Assembly: GCF_001194135.2 (NCBI RefSeq)
Contig: NC_068999.1
Coordinates: 19,623,031-19,661,337 of the forward strand
Direction: 5' to 3'
DNA from: Octopus bimaculoides
Lineage: Eukaryota
DNA: 38,307 nucleotides
Below are positions 9,751 to 22,700 of this stretch, one piece after another (within the stretch, counting starts at the first letter, position 1; each line of letters begins with the position of its first letter). The notes beneath the pieces were generated by a model. It made no database searches, was not told the origin of the DNA, and was given only the letters and a program-made list of their open reading frames with translations. Made by a program: the position numbers and the translations under genes.

Positions 9751-10857
9751 GTATGCATTATGATTGTAGTTTATAATTTGATGCCCCACGCTAAGGGAGA
9801 TTGAAATTTTTATATGGATAAAATCATTTCCACATAAACTATCCTTATCGTCTTTCTTTTCGATTTTCAAATAGATATTCACATGAGCAAGACAGTTGAC
9901 CTCTGTGATGATATATAATTTATCTTGGCTGTCCCAAACAACAACGTCTGATTTGTGGATGTTAATGTATTCAATAAGTTGAAGATTCCCATATGTATAT
10001 CAAGACAGTCTATGTTTCAGATTTTTAGCGTCAACGTTATGTCCTATAATGCATGTACCTATATATTTGTGTATGTAATCAGGTATTAATCATGAGCCTC
10101 TGCTCAAATTTAAAATCTATTTTAAAAGAATTTTTCATATTTAATCCTTTGTGATTGGTTTGGCAAAATAGACATTTCACAATTACTGTTTGCTCAATTT
10201 GTGTGAAACTTTACGAACATTCACACACTGCTCATGTTATGAAAAATGCAGAGAAACGAATTAATACTGAATTAACTGAGAAAATATTAACAACGTATTT
10301 AAAATCTTCATTGGCTAATTCCTGATATTCTTCAAGGAGTATGTTATACGTTGTCAACCAGACTGCTAAATGTATATTTTTTTCTTCAATGATTCTGATA
10401 GTTAATTTTTTGCATTTACATAAACATTTTGAGATTTTAATTGAACATTTGGTCGGAAAAGTAATTTCACCTGCTACATTTTAATGGGACGTAATTCTAC
10501 TTCCTTATAGCATGCAAGCACACAAACATACGCGTGAAGGAACTCACGCAAAAATACACGCGCGCGTGCATATACGCGCGCATACATAAAGACACAAGCA
10601 CGCTAGCATACACACATCTGTGTTGTGACTCAGCATGTGTTTGTTTATACATGTTTAAATATTTATATTCCCCTTAGGTATGCAGGCAAATATAGAAAAG
10701 ACTTAACATAGAGGGAATTTACTCGAAAGTTTTTAGGATGAATTAAATCGAATAATTTATTCAACAATGATTCGGCCAACTTTATTTAATTTAATTAATT
10801 CAAGAAAGACTAATCTTCAACGCATCAACATATAACGTTTGCTATGCTAACATTGGT

Positions 10858-10992
10858 TTCAAATTTTGGCACTAGGCTAAGAGGTTTGGGTGAAAGGGGT
10901 TAAGCCAATTACATCGAAGCCAGTGCGCAATTGAGGCATATTTTATTGACTCAGAAATGATGAAAAGCTAAGACGACTTCAGTGTTATTTGC
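10858..10992 (-). mobile_element. Degenerate SINE family 1 copy (3' part)
   Basis: ggcactagg...attacatcgaagccagtgcgcaattg...tttattgactcagaaatgatgaaaagctaagacgacttc aligns to the reverse complement of the 12404 copy. Confidence 0.65.
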
Positions 10993-11057
10993 AACTATGA
11001 CTGTAAAGACGACTGTAAAGACATTTCCAAAACATATGTGTGATCCTTACCTAATGC

Positions 11058-11111
<54 letters not shown>

Positions 11112-11429
11112 NNNNNNNNNNNNNNNNNNNNNNNNNNNNNNNNNNNNNNNNNNNNNNNNNNNNNNNNNNNNNNNNNNNNNNNNNNNNNNNNNNNNNNNNN
11201 NNNNNNNNNNNNNNNNNNNNNNNNNNNNNNNNNNNNNNNNNATATATATTAAGAGAGAGAGAGGGGAGGAGGAGAGAACGAAATAGGTAGATAGAATAAT
11301 GCATAGGCTACATGTACACAGACACGACAGATGTGAATCTACACACATAAACATCGTGTTATGTATATTTTAACTCGCAAAGGTTTATATTTTTATTAAT
11401 TGAAATTTACGTTTCTCAGTTTCTATGTA

Positions 11430-12690
11430 TGACTGTTTTATCCTGCCACGTGCAAAAATACCTTTGGAACATTTGGAATTTTAAAGAGGCCATATTGTTT
11501 GTCAATCTGAAGGTGGACTTAATCACCGTAAAATCACATGAAACCATGGCATCGTGCTTTCTAGAGCTAAACGTGTGGTGGCGCAAGTTACCAGAAAGTA
11601 GGTTGAGGAATCCACATCACCTTGCTCAGGTGGACCAGGGCCCTCTTACAGGACCTTTCTCTCTACTAATTAAGTGCGGAGGATAATTCTCGTTGCAAGC
11701 CCTCTTACATAGCAGAACAAGTTGATATCACTCACAGAACAGCTGTCAGGCATCCCCAAACCTTGGTTACTATGGCAGAGCCGTAAGAATGGAACAACAA
11801 CTTTGACCAGCCAAAATCAAGCAGAGAATAGATTGGGCCACTGAGATGGTGGAGAGGCAACTAGCATTTTGGGACACTGTCATATTCTCTAATGAGTCCA
11901 GATTTGATTATTTTCTGACAGTTGTCGAGTGTGGTCTGGGGACTATTTTATCAAAGAATTGACATGAAAAGTTTGTAGCCAACAATGAAACAAAATAGCT
12001 ATTCTGTGATGGCCTAGAGAGCAATTTAGAGCAATGGTGGATCAGAGCTGGTGGAGTATGAAGGAAACATAAACTCAGATAAATATGTGTTCATATTGCA
12101 GGAAGGACCCCTTCCAATCTTCCCCAGTGGTGAAAATATTAATGAAGGCTCTATATTTATAGAAGATAGGGCTCCTTGTCACTCAGCTAAAAGGACCGAA
12201 GATTGGTTTGGGGAGAATGGCATTAAAAAGCTTCCATGGTCAAGGCAATCACCAGATAAGAGCCCCATTGAACATCTCTGGTAAGGAATGGATAGAACAA
12301 TTCGTAAAAAGAACAAGAGAGCATTCCCAAAGCCAGAACTATTACGATTCCTGCGTGAAAATTGGCAAACAATTATTACTCAAGAGATTATTGGTCATCT
12401 GAAGGCAGCGAGCTGGCAAAAACGTTAGCATGCCGGGGCGAAATGCTTAGCGGTATTTCGTCTATCTTTACGTTCTGGGTTCAAATTCCCCCGAGGTCGA
12501 CCTTGCCTTTCATCTTTTCGGGGTTAATAAATTAAGTACCAGTTGCGTACTGGGCGATCTAATCACCTGGCCCCCACCCCCAAAATTTCGGACCTTGTGG
12601 CTAGATTAGAAAAGAATATGAGTTATCTGATCAGTAGCATGCCTAATAGGGTCCATGCATTGAAGCACGCAAAGGGTATGTCTACTAAAT
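11430..12690 (+). pseudogene. Tc1-family (DD34E) transposase relic, interrupted by a SINE
   Basis: Motifs in order: RIDWA...WDTVIFSNESRF (first D mutated to N, ~11891), SVMA*RAI, EGNINSDKY, IFIEDRAPCH, 34 aa, SPDKSPIEHLW*, LRENW, LISSMPNRVHALKHAKGMSTK. Several stops and frameshifts. TIRs not found; the 3' end runs into an N gap; the 5' limit is approximate. Confidence 0.92.
12404..12617 (+). mobile_element. tRNA-derived-type SINE, family 1, inserted in the Tc1 ORF
   Basis: Pol III B-box-like GGTTCAAATTCC at 12478-12489. Flanked by the direct repeat ATCTGA (12397-12402 and 12625-12630). Confidence 0.9.
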
Positions 12691-12822
12691 NNNNNNNNNN
12701 NNNNNNNNNNNNNNNNNNNNNNNNNNNNNNNNNNNNNNNNNNNNNNNNNNNNNNNNNNNNNNNNNNNNNNNNNNNNNNNNNNNNNNNNNNNNNNNNNNNN
12801 NNNNNNNNNNNNNNNNNNNNNN

Positions 12823-12874
<52 letters not shown>

Positions 12875-13591
12875 TTACATACCTTACGTTTAATTAAAAT
12901 AACAGTAGCTTTTCAAGAAAAGTGGTAAAGAGTTTTATACTCTGTAATCAAACGTATGATAATAAAGATATAGAGATGTGTTCTCACATAATAGATGTTT
13001 TCGCATTATTGATTAGTGATTAACTGAAAATATGTTGGTGTACGTAGTCATAACTTTGGATAGACATGTGTAATAGAAATAAAAAGATGAGAAGGAAAAA
13101 AATATTACGAGATACATTTTTGTGTTGAGGGATTTGAACTATAATAGAAAAAAAAAAAGCACATCATCAGAATCAGATATTCACGCTGTGAAATCTTTGG
13201 GGAATTATACCCTATCTAAAATCTATGTGGGTTTTAAATGAATAGGTAAGTATAGCACTTATGGCATATCCAAAACAAAGGACGTGTAGTTCGTCTATAT
13301 GTATTCTTTGCTTGTGATCTAACGTAACAGATAACTATTCTGATTAGAGAAAGATGTTCTCTTCTCGGAAATACCTTCCTAGACTTTTGAGTTTGAAATC
13401 TGTGTTGGTATCGTGTATTTATAATTATCAGTCCAAATCCTGTGTGATGATGTAATAGACCTATTGTAACTATATAATTATTTCTCACTTCACATATTCC
13501 CATATATTTTCAGAGTATACACCCACGCATGCGCGCACACACACTCACACACAAACACACGCACACGTATTCCCGCACACATTTATAGATT

Positions 13592-13655
<64 letters not shown>

Positions 13656-14428
13656 CCAAACTTACGCATGTGCGTAACATACATATGTACGTATACACAT
13701 ACATAGACATATCGATACACAAACATATATATAGTCTATGCGTGTGTGTGTGTGTGATGTGAAATTGGGATTTGGTTTATTTTATTTTTATTGATTTAGT
13801 GGAACGGACTCAAATCGTGCATTCTATGGAACCGCCTTCATGAAACACATTGTTCTCATGTATTTGATAAGTGAATAGTTTCTGAGGCCTCCAGACTACT
13901 TTACTGTCACTTAGGTGTTGTTGCCTTATAACATACAAATTAGTATTTTTTTATGATTATGCATGTAGAGTGGTGCAGGAATTATACCAATACTATTTTG
14001 GCTTGTCTTCTCCGTGATATACCTATATGATAGTTCACATACTTTAGATTATAGCGCTATTTTTTCAGTGACAGTTTATACCTGCACGTGCTGCATGCAT
14101 ATATCTTAGTATTTCAAGACCATGCAGTTTAATCCAAACGAGCTCTCGGATTCCTACATATATTTAACATTTGATTTAATCGATGATGCTCTAGGCGAAT
14201 ATTTTACGCACTATACGTATTTTAAGCACCAGTAAACAGTTGGGTTTGTAAATCTGTATTCAAACTCACTACACTTTCAGTTATTTTGCCTGCTGTACGT
14301 TACCACATTATGTTTCAGTTAATTTGATCTTCATTCTTATAATTGGTTTGAATCTATTTCAATAGTATTTACCCTCAAATTTGGAAATTCGTGAGAGAGT
14401 GAAGCATTGCTTCAAATCTGCAGTCTTA

Positions 14429-14476
<48 letters not shown>

Positions 14477-16012
14477 NNNNNNNNNNNNNNNNNNNNNNNN
14501 NNNNNNNNNNNNNNNNNNNNNNNNNNNNNNNNNNNNNNNNNNNNNNNNNNNNNNNNNNNNNNNNNNNNNNNNNNNNNNNNNNNNNNNNNNNNNNNNNNNN
14601 NNNNNNNNNNNNNNNNNNNNNNNNNNNNNNNNNNNNNNNNNNNNNNNNNNNNNNNNNNNNNNNNNNNNNNNNNNNNNNNNNNNNNNNNNNNNNNNNNNNN
14701 NNNNNNNNNNNNNNNNNNNNNNNNNNNNNNNNNNNNNNNNNNNNNNNNNNNNNNNNNNNNNNNNNNNNNNNNNNNNNNNNNNNNNNNNNNNNNNNNNNNN
14801 NNNNNNNNNNNNNNNNTATATATACATATATATATATATAAACACATTTATGCATGTACTTATGTACCCGCTGTTGTTTGTGTCTTCATGTGTACGCATT
14901 ATGTACTGAGAGTATGGTAGGTGTGTTTCAAGAAAATTATCTTTGATGCAACTGTGGCTTTCTCCCTATATACTTATATTTATTGACTGTGTAATTGAAC
15001 GTGTCCAGCGATGTGTTTGTTAGATTATATACGCGTTGCTATAATGCATATAATCTACTAAACATTGCCCTAGTGTTTATGACGGTTCACATTTGTTGTG
15101 ACATTGAAATTACTTTCGCCTGGATTCGTGTGAGAATGTATGAGGCTGGATAAAGAAAAGTAAAAGTTGTGTGAATACGAATGTCCTTCTGATTCTGCAT
15201 ATATATATTTGGTGTGTCATTAAAAGGGCACAAGCGTATTGCATCATGTTTTCAATGGATGATATGTGAATATATAAGAATATAAAGAGATATATGCGTG
15301 TGGGCATATACAAGCTTGTGGAACCGTGTATGCATGCATATATATATATGAGTGTGGTGGTGTGTGTGTGTATGTATGTATATATATATATATAGATTTA
15401 TATATATATATATANNNNNNNNNNNNNNNNNNNNNNNNNNNNNNNNNNNNNNNNNNNNNNNNNNNNNNNNNNNNNNNNNNNNNNNNNNNNNNNNNNNNNN
15501 NNNNNNNNNNNNNNNNNNNNNNNNNNNNNNNNNNNNNNNNNNNNNNNNNNNNNNNNNNNNNNNNNNNNNNNNNNNNNNNNNNNNNNNNNNNNNNNNNNNN
15601 NNNNNNNNNNNNNNNNNNNNNNNNNNNNNNNNNNNNNNNNNNNNNNNNNNNNNNNNNNNNNNNNNNNNNNNNNNNNNNNNNNNNNNNNNNNNNNNNNNNN
15701 NNNNNNNNNNNNNNNNNNNNNNNNNNNNNNNNNNNNNNNNNNNNNNNNNNNNNNNNNNNNNNNNNNNNNNNNNNNNNNNNNNNNNNNNNNNNNNNNNNNN
15801 NNNNNNNNNNNNNNNNNNNNNNNNNNNNNNNNNNNNNNNNNNNNNNNNNNNNNNNNNNNNNNNNNNNNNNNNNNNNNNNNNNNNNNNNNNNNNNNNNNNN
15901 NNNNNNNNNNNNNNNNNNNNNNNNNNNNNNNNNNNNNNNNNNNNNNNNNNNNNNNNNNNNNNNNNNNNNNNNNNNNNNNNNNNNNNNNNNNNNNNNNNNN
16001 NNNNNNNNNNNN

Positions 16013-16059
<47 letters not shown>

Positions 16060-16563
16060 CCCGTGTGTGTATGTATATACGTGGAAGTGTATGTGTGAGT
16101 ATATATGTGTGTGTGTGGGTTTCATTCGATGAGAAAACACCATGATTATAACTACAATCACACCATAGATGGTTAATCATGCAATAAATCTGATTGGTGT
16201 ATGAGGGATTCTGTGTGTTGGAACAACAATTGGATCACCGGCGACTGACTATACTTTTCAATCCAGCGTAATATTCTGCACAAAATATACAACTACAGAA
16301 ATGTTATATTCCCACAAGACCCGATCAGCTAAGTAATGTTCTCAATTGTTGATATCAATGGAACAAATGAGCGTGTATGTTCATTCATTGCAGAATACAT
16401 AGGCCAGGGCTACATTTGTTGATATTTATTGGCGATAAATCAGAAAATATACTGCAACACTATGCAATAAATTACGCCATATAAAATTAGCAAGAAAGCA
16501 CCAGTATGAAACAGAATGAGTTATACACACAGGTATATACACTCACACACATACATATATACA

Positions 16564-16598
<35 letters not shown>

Positions 16599-16845
16599 CA
16601 ATGCATATGTATATGTTCTCATCCGCAGATGCATAGAACTATGTACAAACAGACACATGCATACATAGATAAGCATAATGGTAGATATAGACATACCATT
16701 GTTATAGGTAATATGTATATTACGTATCGAAAAATTTACATTTCGACAAAGATGCTGACACAGTTATGTGCAAATGCATTGATACATGCACACCATATGA
16801 ATGCATAACAATATTACTACTGCTATTAATAATAATAATTATTAA

Positions 16846-16846
<1 letters not shown>

Positions 16847-16897
<51 letters not shown>
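16847..16897. repeat. (AGT)n microsatellite within a compound ATT/AGT/ATC region
   Basis: Read directly. Confidence 0.95.
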
Positions 16898-18597
16898 TGT
16901 AATAGTATCATCATCATCATAATCATCAGTAGTAGTAGTAGATGTTGTTTTTATTGACGTAATAGTAGTATTAATTATTGGTAGTAGTAGTAGAAGGGGT
17001 AGGAAGAAGAGGAGGAGGGGAGGAGGGTATGCTTATTATCATATATTTATCTCATTAATATAGCCACCCACCCAGTTGATTTCCTTCCATTCGCACATTT
17101 CCAATAGAAAAATACCTATTGTTATTTATGGTGAATATATACATGAACACACATGCATATGTGGTGCGTGTGTTCGTGTGTTTGTCTGTGTATGTGTGTG
17201 TGTGTGTGTGGGAGTGTGTTGAGTAAAATACAATTATTCATAACATGTAGGGAAATAACTGACACGTATTATTTAGGAATTACTATGTCTGGGTCATGAC
17301 TAAATTCTCTGTAATGAAATATTTTTCAATCTTTCGCTTCACGTAAGACATTGTATTAACTGGCCGCCTTGCAAATCTCATTGTTATTATTTTTTTATTT
17401 CCTTATTTTCTTTTTAGTTTTTTGCTCATCGCTAATGAGAAATTACTGAGCTTTGAATCGGATGCAGTTCCTTTATAAAACGATGACCGCCTGCAGGTGT
17501 ATAGGTATTATAAGTTCATTACAATGTACCTATGTATACGTTTTTGTGTATGAATATGTATTATGCACATGTACTACATTATATATATATATATATATGT
17601 GCAAATATACACGCAGATACACATATATACTATGTGTGTGGAGGAGAGACAGAATGTGTGTGTGAGTGTATGTCAGAGTGTATGAGAGTGTGTGTGTGTG
17701 AGCGTGTGGCTATGGGTGTTAGGGGGGGGGCATCTTTATACGTTTAATTATTTTTAATTAGTTTTTAATTATTTCGTAATTATCTGAAATAGCTTTTTAA
17801 GGAAAGGACTGGTTTCTAACAAAGACACAATGCACAATCTTTGGAATGTTGATAACAAAAAAAAACAAAACAGATTAGCATTTGAATATTAAAAATTCTT
17901 GCATATAATCACGGTTCTACAGGCATAACTTATAATGTGAAAACTTACGAGTAGTTGACTTCTGCAAACAGGCTTAAGCACACGACTTAGTCATATGATA
18001 ATAAATCGAAATGAATCTAGGAATTCTCGTGTAAATATGACTTTACAACCTGGCCATAAACGTGTAGGTTTCAATGCGATTTTCTGATGTAATTTTCTTT
18101 ATTTAAGTTTCGAAAATCTATATATACCGGTAGGGAAAATGACTTATATAGCAATTCATATACATATATAAATATATATNNNNNNNNNNNNNNNNNNNNN
18201 NNNNNNNNNNNNNNNNNNNNNNNNNNNNNNNNNNNNNNNNNNNNNNNNNNNNNNNNNNNNNNNNNNNNNNNNNNNNNNNNNNNNNNNNNNNNNNNNNNNN
18301 NNNNNNNNNNNNNNNNNNNNNNNNNNNNNNNNNNNNNNNNNNNNNNNNNNNNNNNNNNNNNNNNNNNNNNNNNNNNNNNNNNNNNNNNNNNNNNNNNNNN
18401 NNNNNNNNNNNNNNNNNNNNNNNNNNNNNNNNNNNNNNNNNNNNNNNNNNNNNNNNNNNNNNNNNNNNNNNNNNNNNNNNNNNNNNNNNNNNNNNNNNNN
18501 NNNNNNNNNNNNNNNNNNNNNNNNNNNNNNNNNNNNNNNNNNNNNNNNNNNNNNNNNNNNNNNNNNNNNNNNNNNNNNNNNTATATATATATATATA

Positions 18598-18632
<35 letters not shown>

Positions 18633-18915
18633 ATATATACATATATATATGGGAGGGGGTGTAACATTTGTAAAAGTACCACACGAGTAAGTAGATATTG
18701 AAGATGAATAAAAATGAAATTGCCACTTTTAAAACATGTTTTGGGTGTTTTAATTAAGTTACATGTTTGTTTGTTTTTTTGAAAACCTAATCAAAAATGA
18801 ACATAAAATATGTGAGAAGAGAAAAAGGCTATTAATAAAATAAAATTGAAATTAAAATTAAGAATGACATTCATAGTTTACTGATATTTCTTGCATGCAC
18901 ACGTCGTCCTTTCTT

Positions 18916-18957
18916 TCAGTTCTGAAAACATGGTAATTACCATGTTTTCAGAACTGA
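18916..18957. repeat. Perfect 42-bp spacerless palindrome
   Basis: tcagttctgaaaacatggtaa|ttaccatgttttcagaactga. Confidence 0.97.
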
Positions 18958-20847
18958 TATATAGATATAGATATAGATATAGAACTGGATATAGATATAG
19001 ATACGTGCTCGAAAACTATATACACAGGGAAAAAGCACAAAGCCATGCTGATCCCTACTAGAAGTAGTACTGAAAACCAAATGATCAATATTTCTACGAC
19101 TAATATTTGTGAATTCACCGAGTTTATTATTCGTTACGACTCGCGACTCGGTTTTAACCTTTACCACATTCTAGATTCTTACCTGCCTTGAATGATTTTA
19201 TGTATATGCCTGAGATTCTGTCCCATAATCGATGAATCTACTAAATATCTATTTATATGTCACCTTGTGTGCTGCATAAAGAAAAACATTTTCTTTCTAT
19301 TTTATACGATATTCAAATGAAGAGATATTCATGTGTTATATGAAATTATATTTATGCTCTCAGGTATGGAATAGTATATTTGGTTAAATTTTTGTTGCAT
19401 GCAAACTTATGAGACGAGGTCACAATTAAATATATGTCTTGAGTATTGACTTATGTAGTGCATATATATTTGAAAGATTGCTGCATAAATCTACTAGTAT
19501 GAGATGATGCTACTAATTATGTATTAATATGTCACCTTACATGATTCACTTAAAAACACTTTCTTTCTATACATAATGGTGCGCAATAATTTTGCATCTT
19601 ACAGAGTTTGCGTTCTTATCACACGCGTTTATGGCAGGGAGATCTAGTACAACTACTGAAAATCAGCAATTCGTCTCGATATCCTTCGCACATCCAACAC
19701 AGATTGTCATCATCAAGTTCATTGACTAACTCCCCTACAAAGCAGGATTGGGTCGCGTGCAAACACGGAAAATACTTATTCTACAATAATAAATCTCTTC
19801 TACTGCACGGGCCTTGTATATAATTATTCAGAGTGATACATCCCACAAATCCTATTTGATGGTTAGTTGACTCTGATCATTAGAACCATATCAACATGGA
19901 ATCCTTTGGAAAACATGAGCTACAAAATCAGAAACCGTTTTTATAAAGATTGAAGTTTCCATAGAGGTTAAGCAGTAAAAGAAAGTAACAAACAAAGAAG
20001 CAAATTTGCTCTTCTGGAATAAAATATCCGTAATTATATACGAGAAATGTGCAATCCATGTTCGGCTGACATTTTACATGATATTTGAGAAGTATATATC
20101 TGTCAAGCGGTGGTTATGATACATCGGTATCCACCTCAGAACAAAGCGAAACATGCGTGTTATAAATCATGGAGTGGAAATCTTGTATAGTTGTAGCAAG
20201 GTGAATAGGTTTCCCACACAATATACAAGTTCACATCTTACATGTCAGTTAATAGCCGCATATACATATATAAAATTTCTATGCAGTTTATGGTAGGACT
20301 AAATGAGACACATAAATTCATTCAAGTGCACTTAAATATTTTTTTTTCGGGTGGTGGATTGAAGTGAAATATATAAAAATATAAAAATATAAAATGTTAC
20401 GTTGGGCAAAGTATATGTATATATTTAAAAAAAACAGTACGATTGACAGGTTTCGTTTGTGCTAATGATAATTAAGAAGATAGTCATAATGTTACAATTC
20501 CATGCTATCCTAAGAAATTATCATACCATGTTAGGATGAGAAAGGATATTTTATAAATGAGTCAGGAGGCAAATATATTTGAGGGGAGATAATCAGTGAT
20601 TCTTATTAGAAACAGGTAGGTACTCACTCCTTTTTTTTAAGGCGAATTGGTTATATTTAGATTTCCAAGATAATATCCTTTCTTAAATTTCAAGGAAATG
20701 ATCTGGAAATCGACAATATAACAAATTTTAAATGTAAACACAGTGCTTTATGCGGTTTAGCAAGAACCCTTAAGAGCCAGATAATGAAACCCTCAAAATA
20801 TCATAAGACATTTACACTATACCCATCACGAATAAATTACCTGAATA

Positions 20848-20920
20848 TGAATATATGTTTGTGTGTATGAATATATGTGTGTGTGTATGAATATATGTTT
20901 GTGTGTATGAATATATGTGT
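20848..20920. repeat. 20-bp minisatellite (TGAATATATGTKTGTGTGTA), ~3.6 copies
   Basis: Units start at 20848, 20868, 20888 and 20908. Confidence 0.9.
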
Positions 20921-20929
20921 ATATATATA

Positions 20930-21822
20930 TACAAAGGAGTAAAGCTCGTATAAAAGACCATCCAATCCAATGCAGCCTATCATCATATCTCGTACGTCTG
21001 TGGATGTTACTAGCCTGGCACAACGCTCTGGTTCTCTTGCTGAGACGCGTCACATTCAGTCCATTGAGTCACTGAAGTCTATCGTGCATTCTGCATTGTC
21101 ATTATCGCCGAACAGTTGTGCGAGATTATGCTGATATTTCGTGCGTATCAGCTTGGATTTTACTACAGTGTGCCTATTTTGGCCAACAAAGACTAAATTT
21201 TGGCTCTGTTGACACTCCCGCACATTGAGCAGCTTTCAGTCTTTGATTTCTTAGAGCACACCATTTAGCTCTGGCAATGCATCGTTTGTGCTTGCGGCTG
21301 AAAATTACTCCAGGTTCTATCACGCCGTGATATTGATGGTTATGACGTCTTCATTACGTTCCTGTAATAAGTTTCTATGTTTCCCTGTATTCTCTTCCTT
21401 TTTATAGCTAATGACTTACTACACCTAATGGAATCTACTTTAACTACCCATTTCAAGACAAATCCCCATTTATTGTTGACAATTGACCGCTTCAGCACCC
21501 GCTAACCAGGTCTGTGTGAGCTTAGTGCGACGGGAGTGAGGTGTTCAGCTTCCAGTAGCCGGGTCTCTATCTTCTAAGCCTTTTTATGTCAAACGTGTAG
21601 ATCATAATTTTATGGTATGTGTAGCAGACAAGTTTGAAAATTGGATAACGTATCCTATTTTTATCTACTGGCCTACGGACTACTATCTCTACATACCAAT
21701 TAGATGAGTCGCTGAAGTTCGTGAATGTTCACACTGGTACAATTGAAACCCGCATCCAAGTTGACATTCCAGTCACCTATTAGCACTATCGTTCGAGACG
21801 TTCCCTTGTGCCTATAATATAA
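20930..21822 (-). mobile_element. Tx1/L1-like LINE ORF2 relic: APE endonuclease C-terminal half to pre-RT linker
   Basis: Minus-strand motifs in the correct order: GTSRTIVLIGDWNVNLD (GDWN at 21766-21777), PIFKLVCYTYHK (cf. TDH/SDH), PGYWKLNTSL (~21534-21563), VNNKW, QHNLAQLFG, GLDGLLYELY (~20939-20968; cf. PGxDGLP). Many stops and frameshifts. Confidence 0.85.

Positions 21823-21905
<83 letters not shown>
21823..21905. repeat. (ATT)n microsatellite at the 5' break of the LINE fragment
   Basis: Read directly. It produces the poly-Asn in ORF 21700..22002. Confidence 0.95.
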
Positions 21906-22700
21906 CTAAATTCGTGTGGGCATAAATGAAAGAAAGTCCTGATGAAAATTCGATAAGTAATTCCAACCTTGTGATCAGAAATCCCACCGGTGTCACATTC
22001 ACAGTTAATCTGGCATTCCTCTATACTAACATTGCCAATATTACTTTTAAGATTATGACACATTTGCAATAAAATGTGACAAGCAAATCTATTTGAATAT
22101 ATCGTATGGCATGATCTAAAATCGTCTGTTGACTTCATTTGCAAATTACTTTTTTTCTAATTCTAGTGACATCTGAAACGTCTGACCATATGTTGACTAT
22201 AATATTTACATCATTAAATATCTCTTTAGGTAATATACGTCTGTCTTCTGAGACTTTGCTTGGATTCTCTAGGCTTGCAATTGAAAACAAAAATATTTCA
22301 GTTGCTACATTTTATATTTTTCTTTCCCACGAAATTACTGCTTAATTTGCTGCTGATACTACTACTACTACTACTACTACTATATCCACTAATGATTGTG
22401 ATAATAATAATAACAATAATAATAATAATAAATGCCCTGATACAGTACCAGACAGTGGCTTTCGTGGCTTCTGATCTTAACTAATGGGAAGTGTTATCAT
22501 GTATATTGTTTTGTCCTGGCATAAAAGATGGGCTACAGCAAATATTCTGCATGTCCCTTAGTGGCTGACGATATGTGATTACGAGCAGAAGTATTGGGGT
22601 ACATGCCTAACCATGCCTTGAGAGGAATTCCTTGGGCTTTAGATAATTAACATTTGGAACCATGCGTGTTTCATTCAACATCCTTAAACAACAATATGTT

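Noticed and set aside
11300-12960. Terminal inverted repeats for the Tc1 relic (e.g. ttttatactctgTA near 12940)
   Set aside because: No matching inverted copy found on the left, and the true right end is probably in the N gap.
13234-13503. 89-aa minus-strand ORF and a nearby AG|GTAAGT donor
   Set aside because: Non-ATG start, no recognisable motif, and candidate exons contain stops in all frames.
19619-19734. Cys-rich frame DDDNLCWMCEGYRDELLIFSSCTRSPCHKRV* resembling a PHD-finger start
   Set aside because: It lacks the third Cys and the final Cys pair, and a stop precedes the candidate donor. Likely coincidental.
21906-22330. Continuation of the Tx1 endonuclease N-terminus beyond the (ATT)n tract
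   Set aside because: No convincing N-terminal APE motifs (NxxG, QET) in the minus-strand frames. The apparent IYAH match is weak.
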